The translations under genes were made by a program, and so were the position numbers. A model generated the notes under the pieces. That model did not search any database. It was not told where the DNA came from and saw nothing but the letters and a program-made list of their open reading frames with translations. 64,000 nucleotides of DNA, from NCBI GenBank assembly GCA_937912005.1, contig CALDOX010000014.1, positions 205,186 to 269,185 of the forward strand, written 5' to 3'. The number at the start of each line of letters is the position of its first letter. The stretch's first letter is position 1. Below are positions 9,812 through 20,384 of the stretch, piece by piece. The DNA comes from an uncultured Alphaproteobacteria bacterium. GTDB taxonomy: Bacteria > Pseudomonadota > Alphaproteobacteria > CAAGCB01 > CAG-977.

Positions 9812-10645
9812 TCAGAATTTTCCGATATCGAGAAAAGACGACTGCAGTGCGATGTATTCGTCCCGGGTCAGACAATCCGGTTTGCTTTTCTTGGCTTCCG
9901 CGTAAAGCTGCTGAAAATCTTCACGCGTCATCCGATAAGTTGTGTCTTCCTCTTTTTCTTCGGCCAACATCATTTGTTGCTGCTTCAGTTCGTAATCAAC
10001 GTATTCATCTGCGGCAACACAGCCGTCATTGTTTTTATCCATGCGGTAAAAATCTTCTCCGGCGATCGCGGCGCCGGTGTTTTTTATAAAATTCTGCGCC
10101 ATTTCATCGCTGTTCATTGATTTCATTCTGTTTGACAGATCATCCAGTTTCTTCATAGCCTCATCCAGTTTTTTCATACTGTCTTCAAGCGGAGGCATGT
10201 CTTTAAAATCAATGACGCCGTCACCGTTTATGTCTTTCTTTTTAAATTCCAGTTTTATTATCATGCCGCTGAATTTTTTTGCGAACGCTTCCGTCTCCGT
10301 TTTGTTCAAAAGGTGATCGTGATCAATATCTGACTCGTTGAACATTTTTTCGGCTTCCCCGGCCGTTTCCTTTTTTTCTTTTTCGGTCAAATAGGAAAGA
10401 GCTTCCAATCCTTTGATCATTTCTTTGATTTCCGTGTCGGAAATATATCCGTCACTGTTAATGTCCAGCAAAGACAGACGATCCCGCAAATTTTCCTGAA
10501 AATCCCTGTTTGTTTCCAAACGGGCCCGCAGCATCTCTTCGGTGAGACTGAAAATGTCCGTATCCGGTTCGTTTCCGGCGGGAGAGGCATAAGCGTTCTG
10601 TCCGTTAAAAAAAATCAAATATAAAAGAAAAAACAACACCTTCAT
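9812..10645 (-). CDS. secreted EF-hand calcium-binding protein
   Basis: Signal peptide and at least three DxNxDGxI EF-hand loops (DINSDGYISDTE, DINGDGVIDFKD, DKNNDGCVAADE). Confidence 0.6.
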   Translation of the reverse strand: MKVLFFLLYLIFFNGQNAYASPAGNEPDTDIFSLTEEMLRARLETNRDFQENLRDRLSLLDINSDGYISDTEIKEMIKGLEALSYLTEKEKKETAGEAEKMFNESDIDHDHLLNKTETEAFAKKFSGMIIKLEFKKKDINGDGVIDFKDMPPLEDSMKKLDEAMKKLDDLSNRMKSMNSDEMAQNFIKNTGAAIAGEDFYRMDKNNDGCVAADEYVDYELKQQQMMLAEEKEEDTTYRMTREDFQQLYAEAKKSKPDCLTRDEYIALQSSFLDIGKF

Positions 10646-10829
10646 TTAAGCGGTTTCCTGAAAAGTTTTAATCCGGAGATATTATAGCCTTTCCGGTTAA
10701 AAAAGCAATTTTGCATACGTTTCCCGTTTGTTATTGTTTTCGCTGATATGTGATTTTCTTCTTGACTTAAAGTTTACTTTAACAAATACGATTGTTGCGG
10801 AACAGAAAAAACGGTGGGATAAAAAAATA

Positions 10830-11954
10830 ATGACGATGTGGCTTGTGATTATGTATGTAACGTTGATGATAACGGGAACAAGCCTGTTGTATTTAAGCAG
10901 ACGCGTCAGTAAATTCCGGATATTTAAGACATCGGAAGAAAAGAAAAAAAACAGATTTATGTTGGGGACTCTTACCGTTTTTTTGATTTTCGGTCTGATC
11001 GGTCTCATCCTGAATTTTATAAATGCGGTTGTGTGCGCGATTTACTTCGCATTAATTTGGCTAGTCAGCGACGTCGTGTTTTTTGTTGTTGAAAAAATAC
11101 GTCACAAACCGTTTGAAAAATATTTTGCCGGAATGTTCGCCATTGTCGCGAGTATTGCCGCGTTGTCATGCGGTTGGTATCTGAATCATAACGTTTGGCA
11201 GACAACGTATGTGATTGAAACGGATAAAAATGTAAAGGATATGAAAATCATTATGTTTGCCGATTCGCATACGGGAACGACTTTCCGGGCGGAAGGCTTT
11301 ACCAGGCATATCGCCGCGATGCAGGCGCAGAATCCGGATATGGTGATCGTTGCCGGCGATTTTGTTGATGACGATACAAATCGTGCCGATATGATCGCGA
11401 CCAGTAAAGCGTTGGGAGAAATGAAGACAACTTATGGTGTTTATTTCGTTTTCGGCAATCATGATAAGGGCTATTACGGGCCGGCTCATCGCGGTTTCAG
11501 CGGGCAGGAACTTGTCGCCGAACTGGAAAAAAACGGCGTTCATGTTTTAACGGATGAAACCGAGTTGGTGGACGATATGTTCTATGTGATCGGGCGCAGA
11601 GATTTTTCGGTTGAAAAAGAACAAGGCGGTAAGCGTAAATCAATGAGTGAGCTGGTTAAAAATCTGGATCAAAGCAAATATATGATTGTCGCGGATCATC
11701 AGCCGACCGATTATAAAAATCAGGCCGCGGCAAAGGTTGATTTGGTTTTATCCGGTCATACGCATGGCGGACAGCTTTTTCCGTTTAATTCGGTCGGAAA
11801 ATGGATAGGTGCAAATGACAGGGTGTACGGCCACGAAAAGCGCGACGACACAAACTTTATTGTGACTTCGGGATTGTCGGATTGGGCGATTAAGTTCAAA
11901 ACGGGATGCAAATCCGAATATGTGACTGTTCTTGTAAAAGCAACAAAAAAATAA
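10830..11954 (+). CDS. membrane-anchored metallophosphoesterase (calcineurin-like)
   Basis: N-terminal TM helices; motifs DSH, GDFVDDD, GNHD, GHTHGGQ. Confidence 0.7.
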   Translation: MTMWLVIMYVTLMITGTSLLYLSRRVSKFRIFKTSEEKKKNRFMLGTLTVFLIFGLIGLILNFINAVVCAIYFALIWLVSDVVFFVVEKIRHKPFEKYFAGMFAIVASIAALSCGWYLNHNVWQTTYVIETDKNVKDMKIIMFADSHTGTTFRAEGFTRHIAAMQAQNPDMVIVAGDFVDDDTNRADMIATSKALGEMKTTYGVYFVFGNHDKGYYGPAHRGFSGQELVAELEKNGVHVLTDETELVDDMFYVIGRRDFSVEKEQGGKRKSMSELVKNLDQSKYMIVADHQPTDYKNQAAAKVDLVLSGHTHGGQLFPFNSVGKWIGANDRVYGHEKRDDTNFIVTSGLSDWAIKFKTGCKSEYVTVLVKATKK

Positions 11955-11959
11955 CGTTC

Positions 11960-12721
11960 TTATTTGCGCGCTTTTTTCTTTGCTTCAGCGGCCAGAGATT
12001 TTATGGCTGTTTCCAAATCTTCGAATCGGGTGATCGTATAGTCGGGCTTTGCCGCGGCGTAGGTGTGATCTCCTTGATTTGATTTAAAGAAAACGGATTT
12101 GATGCCCATTTCATTCGCGCCGTAAATATCGCGATACAAATCATTGCCGATAAAAATGACTTCTTCCGGTTTCATATTCATTTTTTTAAGCGCTTTTTTA
12201 AATAAGCGATGATCCGGTTTGCGGTATCCGTAATCGCTTGAGACCAGCAGCGGATTGAAGAAATCCGCCAATCCGACGGCATTCAGTTCGGCTTTCGCCC
12301 ATACGGCCTGTCCATCCGAAACGGCAGCCAATTTGTATTTTTTTTGCAGCGTTTGCAAAGTTTTTTTGACGTTTGGATACAGTTGCAGCTGGAATAATGA
12401 AGCCGCTCGAAATAATTCGGCCGTAATTTCCGGCAAAAGCTTTAATTTTTTGTTTGACAGCTTTTTGGTGTAATCGGTGGCGTTTTTTTCTATGATTTCT
12501 TCAAATAAAACGACAGCGTCAAATTCCGGATGTTCTTCCTGGCTGTCCGCGCGTTGACGTTTATTGATATCGAAATATAAACGTTTCAGTTCTTCGGGGG
12601 ATATTTCAATTCCCTGATAAATTAAAAAGTGGCTGACGACGCGATATAAATCGTTTTGTTCTTCATTTGTCAAAATATCGGTTAATGTGCCGTTAATATC
12701 AAAAATCAAACCGCGTATCAT
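11960..12721 (-). CDS. HAD-superfamily hydrolase (YjjG-like nucleotidase)
   Basis: Motif I DINGTLTD; HAD fold. Confidence 0.6.
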   Translation of the reverse strand: MIRGLIFDINGTLTDILTNEEQNDLYRVVSHFLIYQGIEISPEELKRLYFDINKRQRADSQEEHPEFDAVVLFEEIIEKNATDYTKKLSNKKLKLLPEITAELFRAASLFQLQLYPNVKKTLQTLQKKYKLAAVSDGQAVWAKAELNAVGLADFFNPLLVSSDYGYRKPDHRLFKKALKKMNMKPEEVIFIGNDLYRDIYGANEMGIKSVFFKSNQGDHTYAAAKPDYTITRFEDLETAIKSLAAEAKKKARK

Positions 12722-13728
12722 ACGTTATCCTCTTGAAAACATTTTCTTGCTTCGCCGATTAACTGCAGCCGATAATCCCGATCTATCCAGAAATTTCTGG
12801 CGATGCGCAGCAAAGTCAATCCCATATAAAACGGAACACGACGAGTGACGGAATCAAAAGCATTTTCCCGATCGGGAAAATGCGTTGCGTATTCCCATAA
12901 AAAATGGCCGATAAAAGGTTCGGCGGCAAATGTGTCAGGAAAATTCATCAAAAAGAAATGTTTTAATTCTCCGGCGATGCGTCCGACATCGAAAATTCTG
13001 TCCGTGTACATGCACCGTTCCATGTCAAAGGTTTCCAATCCGTCTTCTCCGGAAAACATAAAGTTTTCGGGAGTGGCGTCCCCGTGAACAAGCACTTGAC
13101 AGTCTTCCCACATTTCCGGCCGACAGCGCCACGAATCGCACCAAATATGAAATTCGTCGGCTTCATCGTCGGAAAATAAAGGGAGACATTGATCGATTAT
13201 CTTATCCATATATTGGCAGGTTTGTGAAAAGTCAACTTGATCTTCTGTCGCGGAACGGTTGTGCAGTTCGGCAAAAAAATGGGCCAAAACGGCCAGTTTA
13301 TCAAAAAGAAGCGCATCATTGTTTTCGTTGATGGCTCTGCGGATAACACTGCTGAGCAATTCTCCTTCGCAATATTCAATGACAAGCAGTTCTCCCAAAT
13401 CGGAATTTTTTCCCAAAGGGCGGGCGACATAAAACGGTTCGCAGTCAAAACCGAGGCTGCGCACGGTTTCCAAAGCATCGTATTCTTTTTCCATTTTTTC
13501 CGCGGCATCTTCTCGATTTTCATCGCGTTCGGAATAAAAATATTTGCCGATGGCTTTAGCGCCGGTATGATTTTCCTCATATTGATAAACGACGTTTGAT
13601 CCGCTCAGTTCGTAAACGGAATAAGACGGATCATCAATAAAATCGGTTAATTGCGGCTGAATATCATATTTCAGATAGTCGTACAGCGGGTCGTCTTTTT
13701 GTAAAAGTCCAATGAAATTTTTTGCCAT
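12718..13728 (-). CDS. aminoglycoside phosphotransferase / kinase-like family protein
   Basis: Brenner motif HGDATPENF and downstream FDME. Confidence 0.5.
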   Translation of the reverse strand: MAKNFIGLLQKDDPLYDYLKYDIQPQLTDFIDDPSYSVYELSGSNVVYQYEENHTGAKAIGKYFYSERDENREDAAEKMEKEYDALETVRSLGFDCEPFYVARPLGKNSDLGELLVIEYCEGELLSSVIRRAINENNDALLFDKLAVLAHFFAELHNRSATEDQVDFSQTCQYMDKIIDQCLPLFSDDEADEFHIWCDSWRCRPEMWEDCQVLVHGDATPENFMFSGEDGLETFDMERCMYTDRIFDVGRIAGELKHFFLMNFPDTFAAEPFIGHFLWEYATHFPDRENAFDSVTRRVPFYMGLTLLRIARNFWIDRDYRLQLIGEARKCFQEDNV

Positions 13729-13842
13729 TTTTCAATCTGTTTTTAAAAGAATATCAAAGCGTTTTATTTTTGAAAGATAACACAGTTCTGCGGATAATTC
13801 TTTGAAAAAGTTATGACGTTTTTTTAATAATTGGGTGAGGGG

Positions 13843-13871
13843 AAAAACGGCGCTGTCCGCGCCGTTTTTAA
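13843..13871. terminator. terminator hairpin (acggcgc-tgtcc-gcgccgt with flanking T/A runs)
   Basis: Immediately 3' of the minus-strand transporter gene. Confidence 0.55.
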
Positions 13872-13873
13872 GT

Positions 13874-15538
13874 TTAAAACAGCATTAAAGCCAATACCTG
13901 CGCGGAAATGACGCGCAGCGCGATTGTGACCGGATAAACGGTCGCGTATCCGATGGCCGGCGCATCCGCATTGGACATATTGGCAACAAAAGTCATAATC
14001 GGCAGGCTGGTTTGGCATCCGGATAATGCGCCGCACAGGGTCAGATAGTTCATTTTTTTAACCAATCGCATAAATATGCCGACCGTTAGTAACGGCAAAG
14101 CGGAAATCGCAACGCCCAAGGCAATAAAATATAATCCTTCGGTTCTGGAGATCAGCTTGACGAAACCGGGACCGGAAGCAATTCCGACAACGGCTAAGAA
14201 CAATAAAATTCCCAAGAATTTAAACGCTTTTAAAACATGCGGCGGCGTATAGAATACGATTCTTCCCCAAGAGCCGCGGTAGGATAAAAGCATGGCGACA
14301 ATTAACGGGCCTCCGGACGTTCCAAGCTTTAACGGAATACTGACACCGGGAATATGAAAAGGAATCAAACCGACCAGAATACCGATGACCATTCCTAAAA
14401 AGAAAGGAATAAAGCGTGTGTCGTTTGCCGTTTCCTGATCATTGCCCAAATAACGGATTAACGTTTTTGTTTCTTCTTTTTTGCCGACAACGACGACCTG
14501 ATCCGCATAAGCCAATTTTAAATCAGGCGTCGGAGACAAAGAAATGCCGTTGCGGATAACACGGGAAATGACCCAATGGCGTCGGGTATCTCCCAGAATT
14601 TTTTTCAGGGGTTTACCGACACGGCGATAGTTGGTCAGCAAAAGTGTTTGACTCTGAATCTGTTTGGCGCTTTCTTCCATCAGATCCAGTTCCGGTTCAA
14701 GTCTGAACAGGAACGAAATTTCCTGAAAGATCTTTCTGGGGCCGAAAATCAAAAGAATATCGCCGATCTGCAGCTTGATATGTTCATGCGGAATGATGTA
14801 TTCGTTGCCCCGTTTCATTCGGGAAATAGTCATCGTGTAATGCATCATTTTTAAAAAGTCGCCGATTTCCAATCCGTCAAAACTGGGATTGTTGACCAGG
14901 ACATTAAATCCCTGCATATGCGGATCGTTATCAACTTTTTGTGTTTCGTACGAAGCGACTTCATCCGCAATTTTGACGCGGAAAGCGATTTTCAGCAAAG
15001 CAAAAACCAAAATTCCGCTGATAATCGAGAAAGGATAAGCGATCGCATAAGTGAAACCTGATTTTTCTATAGAGGAAGCATCCGCCCCCAATTCCGTTAA
15101 AATCTGTTGACCCGAACCTAATGCGGGCGTGCTGGTAACGGCGCCGGAATAAAGGCCGATCAGCTCCGGCAGGGAAATATGTCCGAATTTGAAAATCAGG
15201 ATGGTGATAAGCGTTCCTAATGAAACAACGGCAAAAGAAATTAAATTCAGTGTTAATCCGTTTTTGCGCAAAGAAGCGAAAATATTCGGCCCGACGGTCA
15301 ATCCCATAGAATAGATGAACAAAATCAATCCGAATTCTTTCAAAAAAGCCAGAACTTCCGGATTAAAAACGATATTTAAACGTTCCAGAACATATCCCGC
15401 CAAAAGGCCGGCAAATAAAACGCCGCCGACTCCGACGCCGATGCCTTTGAATTTTAAGCTGCCGATAAAAATACCGATGACGGAAGTAATACTGATACAT
15501 AAAATAGTTATGACCGTTAAAGACATAGCTTTCCCCAA
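13874..15538 (-). CDS. YidE/YbjL/AspT-family transporter with two TrkA-C domains
   Basis: Duplicated membrane domains flanking cytoplasmic RCK-C-like domains. Confidence 0.65.
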   Translation of the reverse strand: MGKAMSLTVITILCISITSVIGIFIGSLKFKGIGVGVGGVLFAGLLAGYVLERLNIVFNPEVLAFLKEFGLILFIYSMGLTVGPNIFASLRKNGLTLNLISFAVVSLGTLITILIFKFGHISLPELIGLYSGAVTSTPALGSGQQILTELGADASSIEKSGFTYAIAYPFSIISGILVFALLKIAFRVKIADEVASYETQKVDNDPHMQGFNVLVNNPSFDGLEIGDFLKMMHYTMTISRMKRGNEYIIPHEHIKLQIGDILLIFGPRKIFQEISFLFRLEPELDLMEESAKQIQSQTLLLTNYRRVGKPLKKILGDTRRHWVISRVIRNGISLSPTPDLKLAYADQVVVVGKKEETKTLIRYLGNDQETANDTRFIPFFLGMVIGILVGLIPFHIPGVSIPLKLGTSGGPLIVAMLLSYRGSWGRIVFYTPPHVLKAFKFLGILLFLAVVGIASGPGFVKLISRTEGLYFIALGVAISALPLLTVGIFMRLVKKMNYLTLCGALSGCQTSLPIMTFVANMSNADAPAIGYATVYPVTIALRVISAQVLALMLF

Positions 15539-15613
15539 GAAACACTTATCAAGTATTTCCTATGATAAACTTTTTTCCTAAAGAAAGTCTAAATATTTGT
15601 TTGCAAAAGAAAT

Positions 15614-16606
15614 TTAATTCTCTGTTTTAAAAGGACGAGTCATCAGCAGCTGAATGACAACATCAACTGAAGCTTCACCGTTCAGGATCTTCATTAATCC
15701 TTCGCAGATCGGCATTTCAGCCCCGGCTTTGGCGGCCCGTTCCAAGACGGCTTTCGCTGTAAAGACCCCTTCCGCGACAGAATGCTTGTCCGCTAAAATA
15801 TCGGGCAAAGATCGGCCTTTCCCCAATTCCAATCCGACGGAATAGTTCCGCGACTGTACGCTGTTGGCTGTTAAAACCAAATCCCCCAGACCGGAAAGGC
15901 CCATTAATGTCTGCGCTTGCCCCCCCAGAGCGACGGCTAAACGCGAAATTTCCGCCAATCCCCGGGTGATCAGCGCTGCGCGGGCATTATCTCCGGCTTT
16001 TTTGCCGGCCACGATGCCGGCGGCAATGGCCATAACGTTTTTAACCGCTCCGCCGATTTGGACGCTGATTATATCCGCAGAATAATAAGGCCGAAAAGTC
16101 GGGGTTCCCAATGTTTCGACCAACTCTTTTCCCAAAGTTTCATTTTGACAGGCCAACGTCAGCGCGGTCGGTTTGTTTTCGGCGGCTTCTTCGGCAAAAG
16201 TGGGGCCTGATAAAACGGCGATTTGAGCCTGAGGCAATTCTTCCGTCAGCATTTCGCTTAACAAAGCGCCGGAGCCTTGTTCTATTCCTTTGGCGCAGAT
16301 GACGGCCGGCAGTCTTTCCGGCCAGATCGGACGCAATGTGCGGCAGGCGGCGCGCAAATATTGCGCCGGAATAACCATTAAAACGGCTTCGGCATTCAAA
16401 ACGGCCTGTGTCAAATCGTTCGTCGGAATGATATTTTCGTTCAGTTCGATGTTGGGCAGGAATAAAGTGTTGCGTCTTTTGCCGCGAATATCGTCAATTA
16501 ATTCTTTTTCCCGAACCCACAGCGTGACTTTTTTATCGTTGTTCGCCGCAATGTTGGCCAAAGCCGTTCCCCACGCGCCTGCACCCAAAACGGAAATTTT
16601 ATTCAT
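15614..16606 (-). CDS. gpsA: NAD(P)H-dependent glycerol-3-phosphate dehydrogenase
   Basis: Rossmann GAGAWGTALA plus the conserved GpsA C-terminal domain. Confidence 0.9.
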   Translation of the reverse strand: MNKISVLGAGAWGTALANIAANNDKKVTLWVREKELIDDIRGKRRNTLFLPNIELNENIIPTNDLTQAVLNAEAVLMVIPAQYLRAACRTLRPIWPERLPAVICAKGIEQGSGALLSEMLTEELPQAQIAVLSGPTFAEEAAENKPTALTLACQNETLGKELVETLGTPTFRPYYSADIISVQIGGAVKNVMAIAAGIVAGKKAGDNARAALITRGLAEISRLAVALGGQAQTLMGLSGLGDLVLTANSVQSRNYSVGLELGKGRSLPDILADKHSVAEGVFTAKAVLERAAKAGAEMPICEGLMKILNGEASVDVVIQLLMTRPFKTEN

Positions 16607-16622
16607 TATTGAAATCTCCTTC

Positions 16623-17672
16623 TTATCTTTTCGCTGACGGATCCAGCGGCCAGCGCGGCCGAGGGCTGAAATCCAAAGGATCGGACATTCCTGCCAAAAA
16701 ATGTTCCATTCCCGCCCATGCGACCATAGCGCCGTTGTCCGTGCACAGATTCATCGGCGCCGCCGCAAAAGTCAGATTATACCTTTTTGCAAGATTTTCC
16801 AAGGCCTGACGCAACGCTTTGTTGGCGGCCACGCCGCCGGCGACGACCAGATGTGTCCCTTGAGGATACTGCTTTCTGAAAAGCTTGATTCCATTCTTTA
16901 GTCTGGAACACAAAGAATCTAAAACGGCTTTTTGAAAGCCGGCGCATAAATCCGCTTTATCCTGTTCGGATAACGCCGCATTTTCTATTGTTCCGTCGGG
17001 TGAAAAACTTTCAACAATATGTCTTACGGCGGTTTTTAATCCTGAAAAAGACAAATCGCATCCCGGTTTTCCGACCATCGGGCGGGGCAAATCAAACCGC
17101 ATCGGATCACCCGATAACGCGTATTGTTCTATTTTAGGGCCGCCGGGATAACTCAACCCCATCATTTTAGCCGATTTATCAAAAGCTTCCCCGGCCGCAT
17201 CGTCAACGGTCGCGCCTAATCGCTTGAATTTTCCGATTCCTTCCGCAATTAAAATCTGGCAATGGCCGCCCGAAGTCAACAGCAATAAATAAGGGAAAGG
17301 AACATCCTGCGTCAATCGAACCGTCAGAGCATGCGCTTCCAAATGGTTAACGGCGATAAACGGCAGATTATGGACGGCCGCAATCGCTTTGGCTGTCATC
17401 ACGCCGACGATAACGCCTCCGATCAAGCCGGGGCCTGCTGAAGCGGCTACGGCATCCAATTCTTTAAATCCGATTTTCGCTTTGTCCAAAGCCGTTTGTA
17501 CGATTGTTCCGATCTGCTGCAAATGCGCCCGTGCCGCTATTTCCGGAACGACACCTCCGAAAATTTCGTGTTCTGCTTGAGAAAAAACGACGGAAGACAA
17601 TAGTTCTTTTTGATCGGAAACAACAGCCGCAGCCGTTTCGTCACAACTGGATTCAATACCTAAAACACGCAT
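16623..17672 (-). CDS. tsaD: tRNA N6-adenosine threonylcarbamoyltransferase
   Basis: MRVLGIESSCDET start; Kae1/TsaD fold motifs. Confidence 0.9.
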   Translation of the reverse strand: MRVLGIESSCDETAAAVVSDQKELLSSVVFSQAEHEIFGGVVPEIAARAHLQQIGTIVQTALDKAKIGFKELDAVAASAGPGLIGGVIVGVMTAKAIAAVHNLPFIAVNHLEAHALTVRLTQDVPFPYLLLLTSGGHCQILIAEGIGKFKRLGATVDDAAGEAFDKSAKMMGLSYPGGPKIEQYALSGDPMRFDLPRPMVGKPGCDLSFSGLKTAVRHIVESFSPDGTIENAALSEQDKADLCAGFQKAVLDSLCSRLKNGIKLFRKQYPQGTHLVVAGGVAANKALRQALENLAKRYNLTFAAAPMNLCTDNGAMVAWAGMEHFLAGMSDPLDFSPRPRWPLDPSAKR

Positions 17673-17753
17673 TTCGACTCTCTGATGTAAAATTATTCTA
17701 CCCATACTCGGAAAAAATGGTAAAATCCAGTAGATTTAATCAGGGAGGCTTTT

Positions 17754-18992
17754 ATGGCAGAGGAAAAAAACGACCGGAAAGCGGAAGAAATTCAGGAAAA
17801 TTCTGTTCCTGAGGAAAGCAATACGGAAACGGCGGGAAAAGAAACAGAAGAACAAATATCGAATGAGCGGAGCTCTAAGAGCGGCGGATTCGGAAAGGTT
17901 GTTTTAATTCTTTTCGTGCTGGTTGTTGCGGGACTGGTCGGAATACCGCAGACGCGGGAAATGATTTTGGAAAAATATCGTCAGTTTTCTTCTGCTGCCG
18001 AAAACGGGACGGAAGAAGTCGTTATAGCGGAAGAACCGGTTGTTGAAGAAGTGGTGGAACCTGAAGAAATCGTCAATCGATTGGAGCAATTGGAAAATGC
18101 CCGCGAATTTGAAAACGCCGAAGTCGTTATAGCGTCGGCCGAACCGCCTCAACCGTCCGTTATGACGGATACGGCTTATGTCGCTTTGGCAAATCAACAA
18201 AAGGTGCTGTTGAGTGAAATTGAACGTTTGCGCGCTCAGTTGGATCAAGTGCGGGTAAACAGCGAACGGGAAATAAACAGGCTGAGAGAAGCATTGCCGA
18301 ATATGCGCCGGCTGGAACAACGACTGGTTCAGGAAAATATAAAAATCAATCGGTTGGAAAAAAATAAGGCGGACGCTTCCTCCGTTTTGTCTTTGATGAC
18401 GCGGATGGATGCCGCCGAACAGAAATTGCGCGTGTCCAATGTGGAAAAAGAACGGGCGGTTGCTTTATTGCTGGCCGTTTATCAACTGCGTGAAGCCGCG
18501 CTGTCCGGAAACGGTTTTTCAACGGAACAGCAATCGGCGTTGGCATTAGCAGATGCTTTTCCCAGAATCGCCGGTTATTTGCGTTCTTTGTCGGGAAACG
18601 CAGATCAGGGAATACAAACGAAAACGGCTTTATTGCGTTCTTTCGGCACTTATGCGGATCAGGCGGTTTTAGCCGAATCTCTCAGTCCTAAAACGGATTG
18701 GTTCCATAAGGCATTAAATTCTTTAAAAACATTGGTCGTTATCAGAAGAACGGACGTTATTGAAAACGATCAATCGACACAATCGGTTTTAGCTCGTGCC
18801 GGCTTAGCCGTTCGGGATGAAGACCTTGGGGAAGCCGTCTTGATTCTGAAAGATTTAAAAGGAACTGTTGCCGATACGATGCGGGAATGGGAACAAAATG
18901 CGGAACGCTATATAACGGTAAAAAAGACAATTAACGAAACAATTTCAGCGGTTTTGGGCGTTGTGTACGCTGAACAGCTGAAGGGAGAATAG
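17754..18992 (+). CDS. HemX-like / alphaproteobacterial Mic60 (mitofilin)-like protein
   Basis: Acidic N-terminus, single TM helix, long coiled coils; position between tsaD and hemY as in other alphaproteobacteria. Confidence 0.55.
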   Translation: MAEEKNDRKAEEIQENSVPEESNTETAGKETEEQISNERSSKSGGFGKVVLILFVLVVAGLVGIPQTREMILEKYRQFSSAAENGTEEVVIAEEPVVEEVVEPEEIVNRLEQLENAREFENAEVVIASAEPPQPSVMTDTAYVALANQQKVLLSEIERLRAQLDQVRVNSEREINRLREALPNMRRLEQRLVQENIKINRLEKNKADASSVLSLMTRMDAAEQKLRVSNVEKERAVALLLAVYQLREAALSGNGFSTEQQSALALADAFPRIAGYLRSLSGNADQGIQTKTALLRSFGTYADQAVLAESLSPKTDWFHKALNSLKTLVVIRRTDVIENDQSTQSVLARAGLAVRDEDLGEAVLILKDLKGTVADTMREWEQNAERYITVKKTINETISAVLGVVYAEQLKGE

Positions 18993-18995
18993 CCG

Positions 18996-20303
18996 ATGAT
19001 CAGAATTATCTGGAATGCTTTTCTGTTGGGCGTAATCGCTCTGGCGGCGGCGTGGCTTTCGAATAATCAAGGTTCCGTTCATTTGGAATGGATCGGTTAT
19101 TCCGTTCAAACTTCCGTTGCAGTCATAATCGGTCTTGTTATTGTTGTTTATTCCGTCTTCTATGCGTTTTTAGCTAAACCCTTATTGCTTGTGACGCAAA
19201 AAATATCCTATTGGACGGGGGCCGACAAACGCGCGCAAAAAATGGCAAAATCAAAAGTGGATAAGGAAGTTGATCGCTATACTCTGCTGGGAAAAGGATT
19301 AACGGCTTTGGCCGCCGGAGATATTGCTTCAGCCGAAAAGTTGGCCGGACAGATCAAAAAAGGATTTGCCGATGACGAAACAAAAATCACGGTGTTTGAA
19401 GCGCAGTTGGCAGAAGCGAAAAATAATACGATTGAAGCGATGCGTTTGTATGATGAATTGGCGGGCGTTCCGGAAACGTATCTTCTCGGAATGCGCGGCA
19501 AAGTCAGACTTTATCGATTGACGGGAAATTTGGAAAAAGCGGTTGAAGTGTGCGCTGAGCTGCTGGCCATAAAAAATCCGCCTCAATGGGTTTTGTCGGA
19601 AGCTTTTGAACTGCAAATTCATGAAAAACAATGGACGCAGGCAATAGCAACTTTGGATAAAGCTTTAAAATACAAATTGTTTGACAAACTGACGGCAAAA
19701 CGTCTGAAAGCTTCTGTTTTACTGGAACAGGCCGGCGATGTGGCGGATGAAGCCGAGAAAGAAAAATTAATTCGCGAAGCCTATGATACGGATAAAACTT
19801 TCGTGCGTGCGGCCGTGCAGACGGCTGAGCTGGATATTCGTAAAGGACAAATCAAAAAAGCGCGTCATTTGCTGCAAAAATTATGGAAAATATCTCCCAG
19901 TTGGGCGGTTTATGAAGTCTATTTGACGTTAACGGATAAGGAAACTCCGATTGAAGCAGTTAAGGACGTGGAAGAATTGATCGCGGAAAATCCCGAAGCA
20001 AAAATCAATGATTTGATTTTTGCCGACTGTTCGTTGCATGCTCGGTTGTGGGGACAGGCTAAAGCAGCTGTTTTAAAGTATTTGGAAGCCTATCCCGAAT
20101 CCAAACGAGCTTTGATGATGGCGGAAGAAATCGCCGCCTATAATCAGGATGAAAAAGCTGCGGAAGAATATCGTGCCAAAGCGGAAAAAGCGCCGGTGGA
20201 ACTGCCGTATTTCTGTGCGGTTTGCCGTACGCCGTTCGAAAAGGACCATACCACTTGTCCGGCATGTCATACGTTGGGAGCAATCCATTTGTCCGATGTG
20301 TAA
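18996..20303 (+). CDS. HemY N-terminal domain TPR protein with C-terminal Cys4 zinc ribbon
   Basis: N-terminal TM helices, TPR repeats, CxxC...CxxC at the C-terminus. Confidence 0.65.
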   Translation: MIRIIWNAFLLGVIALAAAWLSNNQGSVHLEWIGYSVQTSVAVIIGLVIVVYSVFYAFLAKPLLLVTQKISYWTGADKRAQKMAKSKVDKEVDRYTLLGKGLTALAAGDIASAEKLAGQIKKGFADDETKITVFEAQLAEAKNNTIEAMRLYDELAGVPETYLLGMRGKVRLYRLTGNLEKAVEVCAELLAIKNPPQWVLSEAFELQIHEKQWTQAIATLDKALKYKLFDKLTAKRLKASVLLEQAGDVADEAEKEKLIREAYDTDKTFVRAAVQTAELDIRKGQIKKARHLLQKLWKISPSWAVYEVYLTLTDKETPIEAVKDVEELIAENPEAKINDLIFADCSLHARLWGQAKAAVLKYLEAYPESKRALMMAEEIAAYNQDEKAAEEYRAKAEKAPVELPYFCAVCRTPFEKDHTTCPACHTLGAIHLSDV

Positions 20304-20307
20304 AAGG

Positions 20308-20331
20308 AAAGCCGCCGAAAGGCGGCTTTTT
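20308..20331 (+). terminator. rho-independent terminator
   Basis: aagccgccgaaaggcggcttttt after the hemY stop. Confidence 0.65.
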
Positions 20332-20384
20332 CATACTTATAAATCAGTTTCTTTCCGTTTATTTCAGAATAGTCCGCAATTTCT

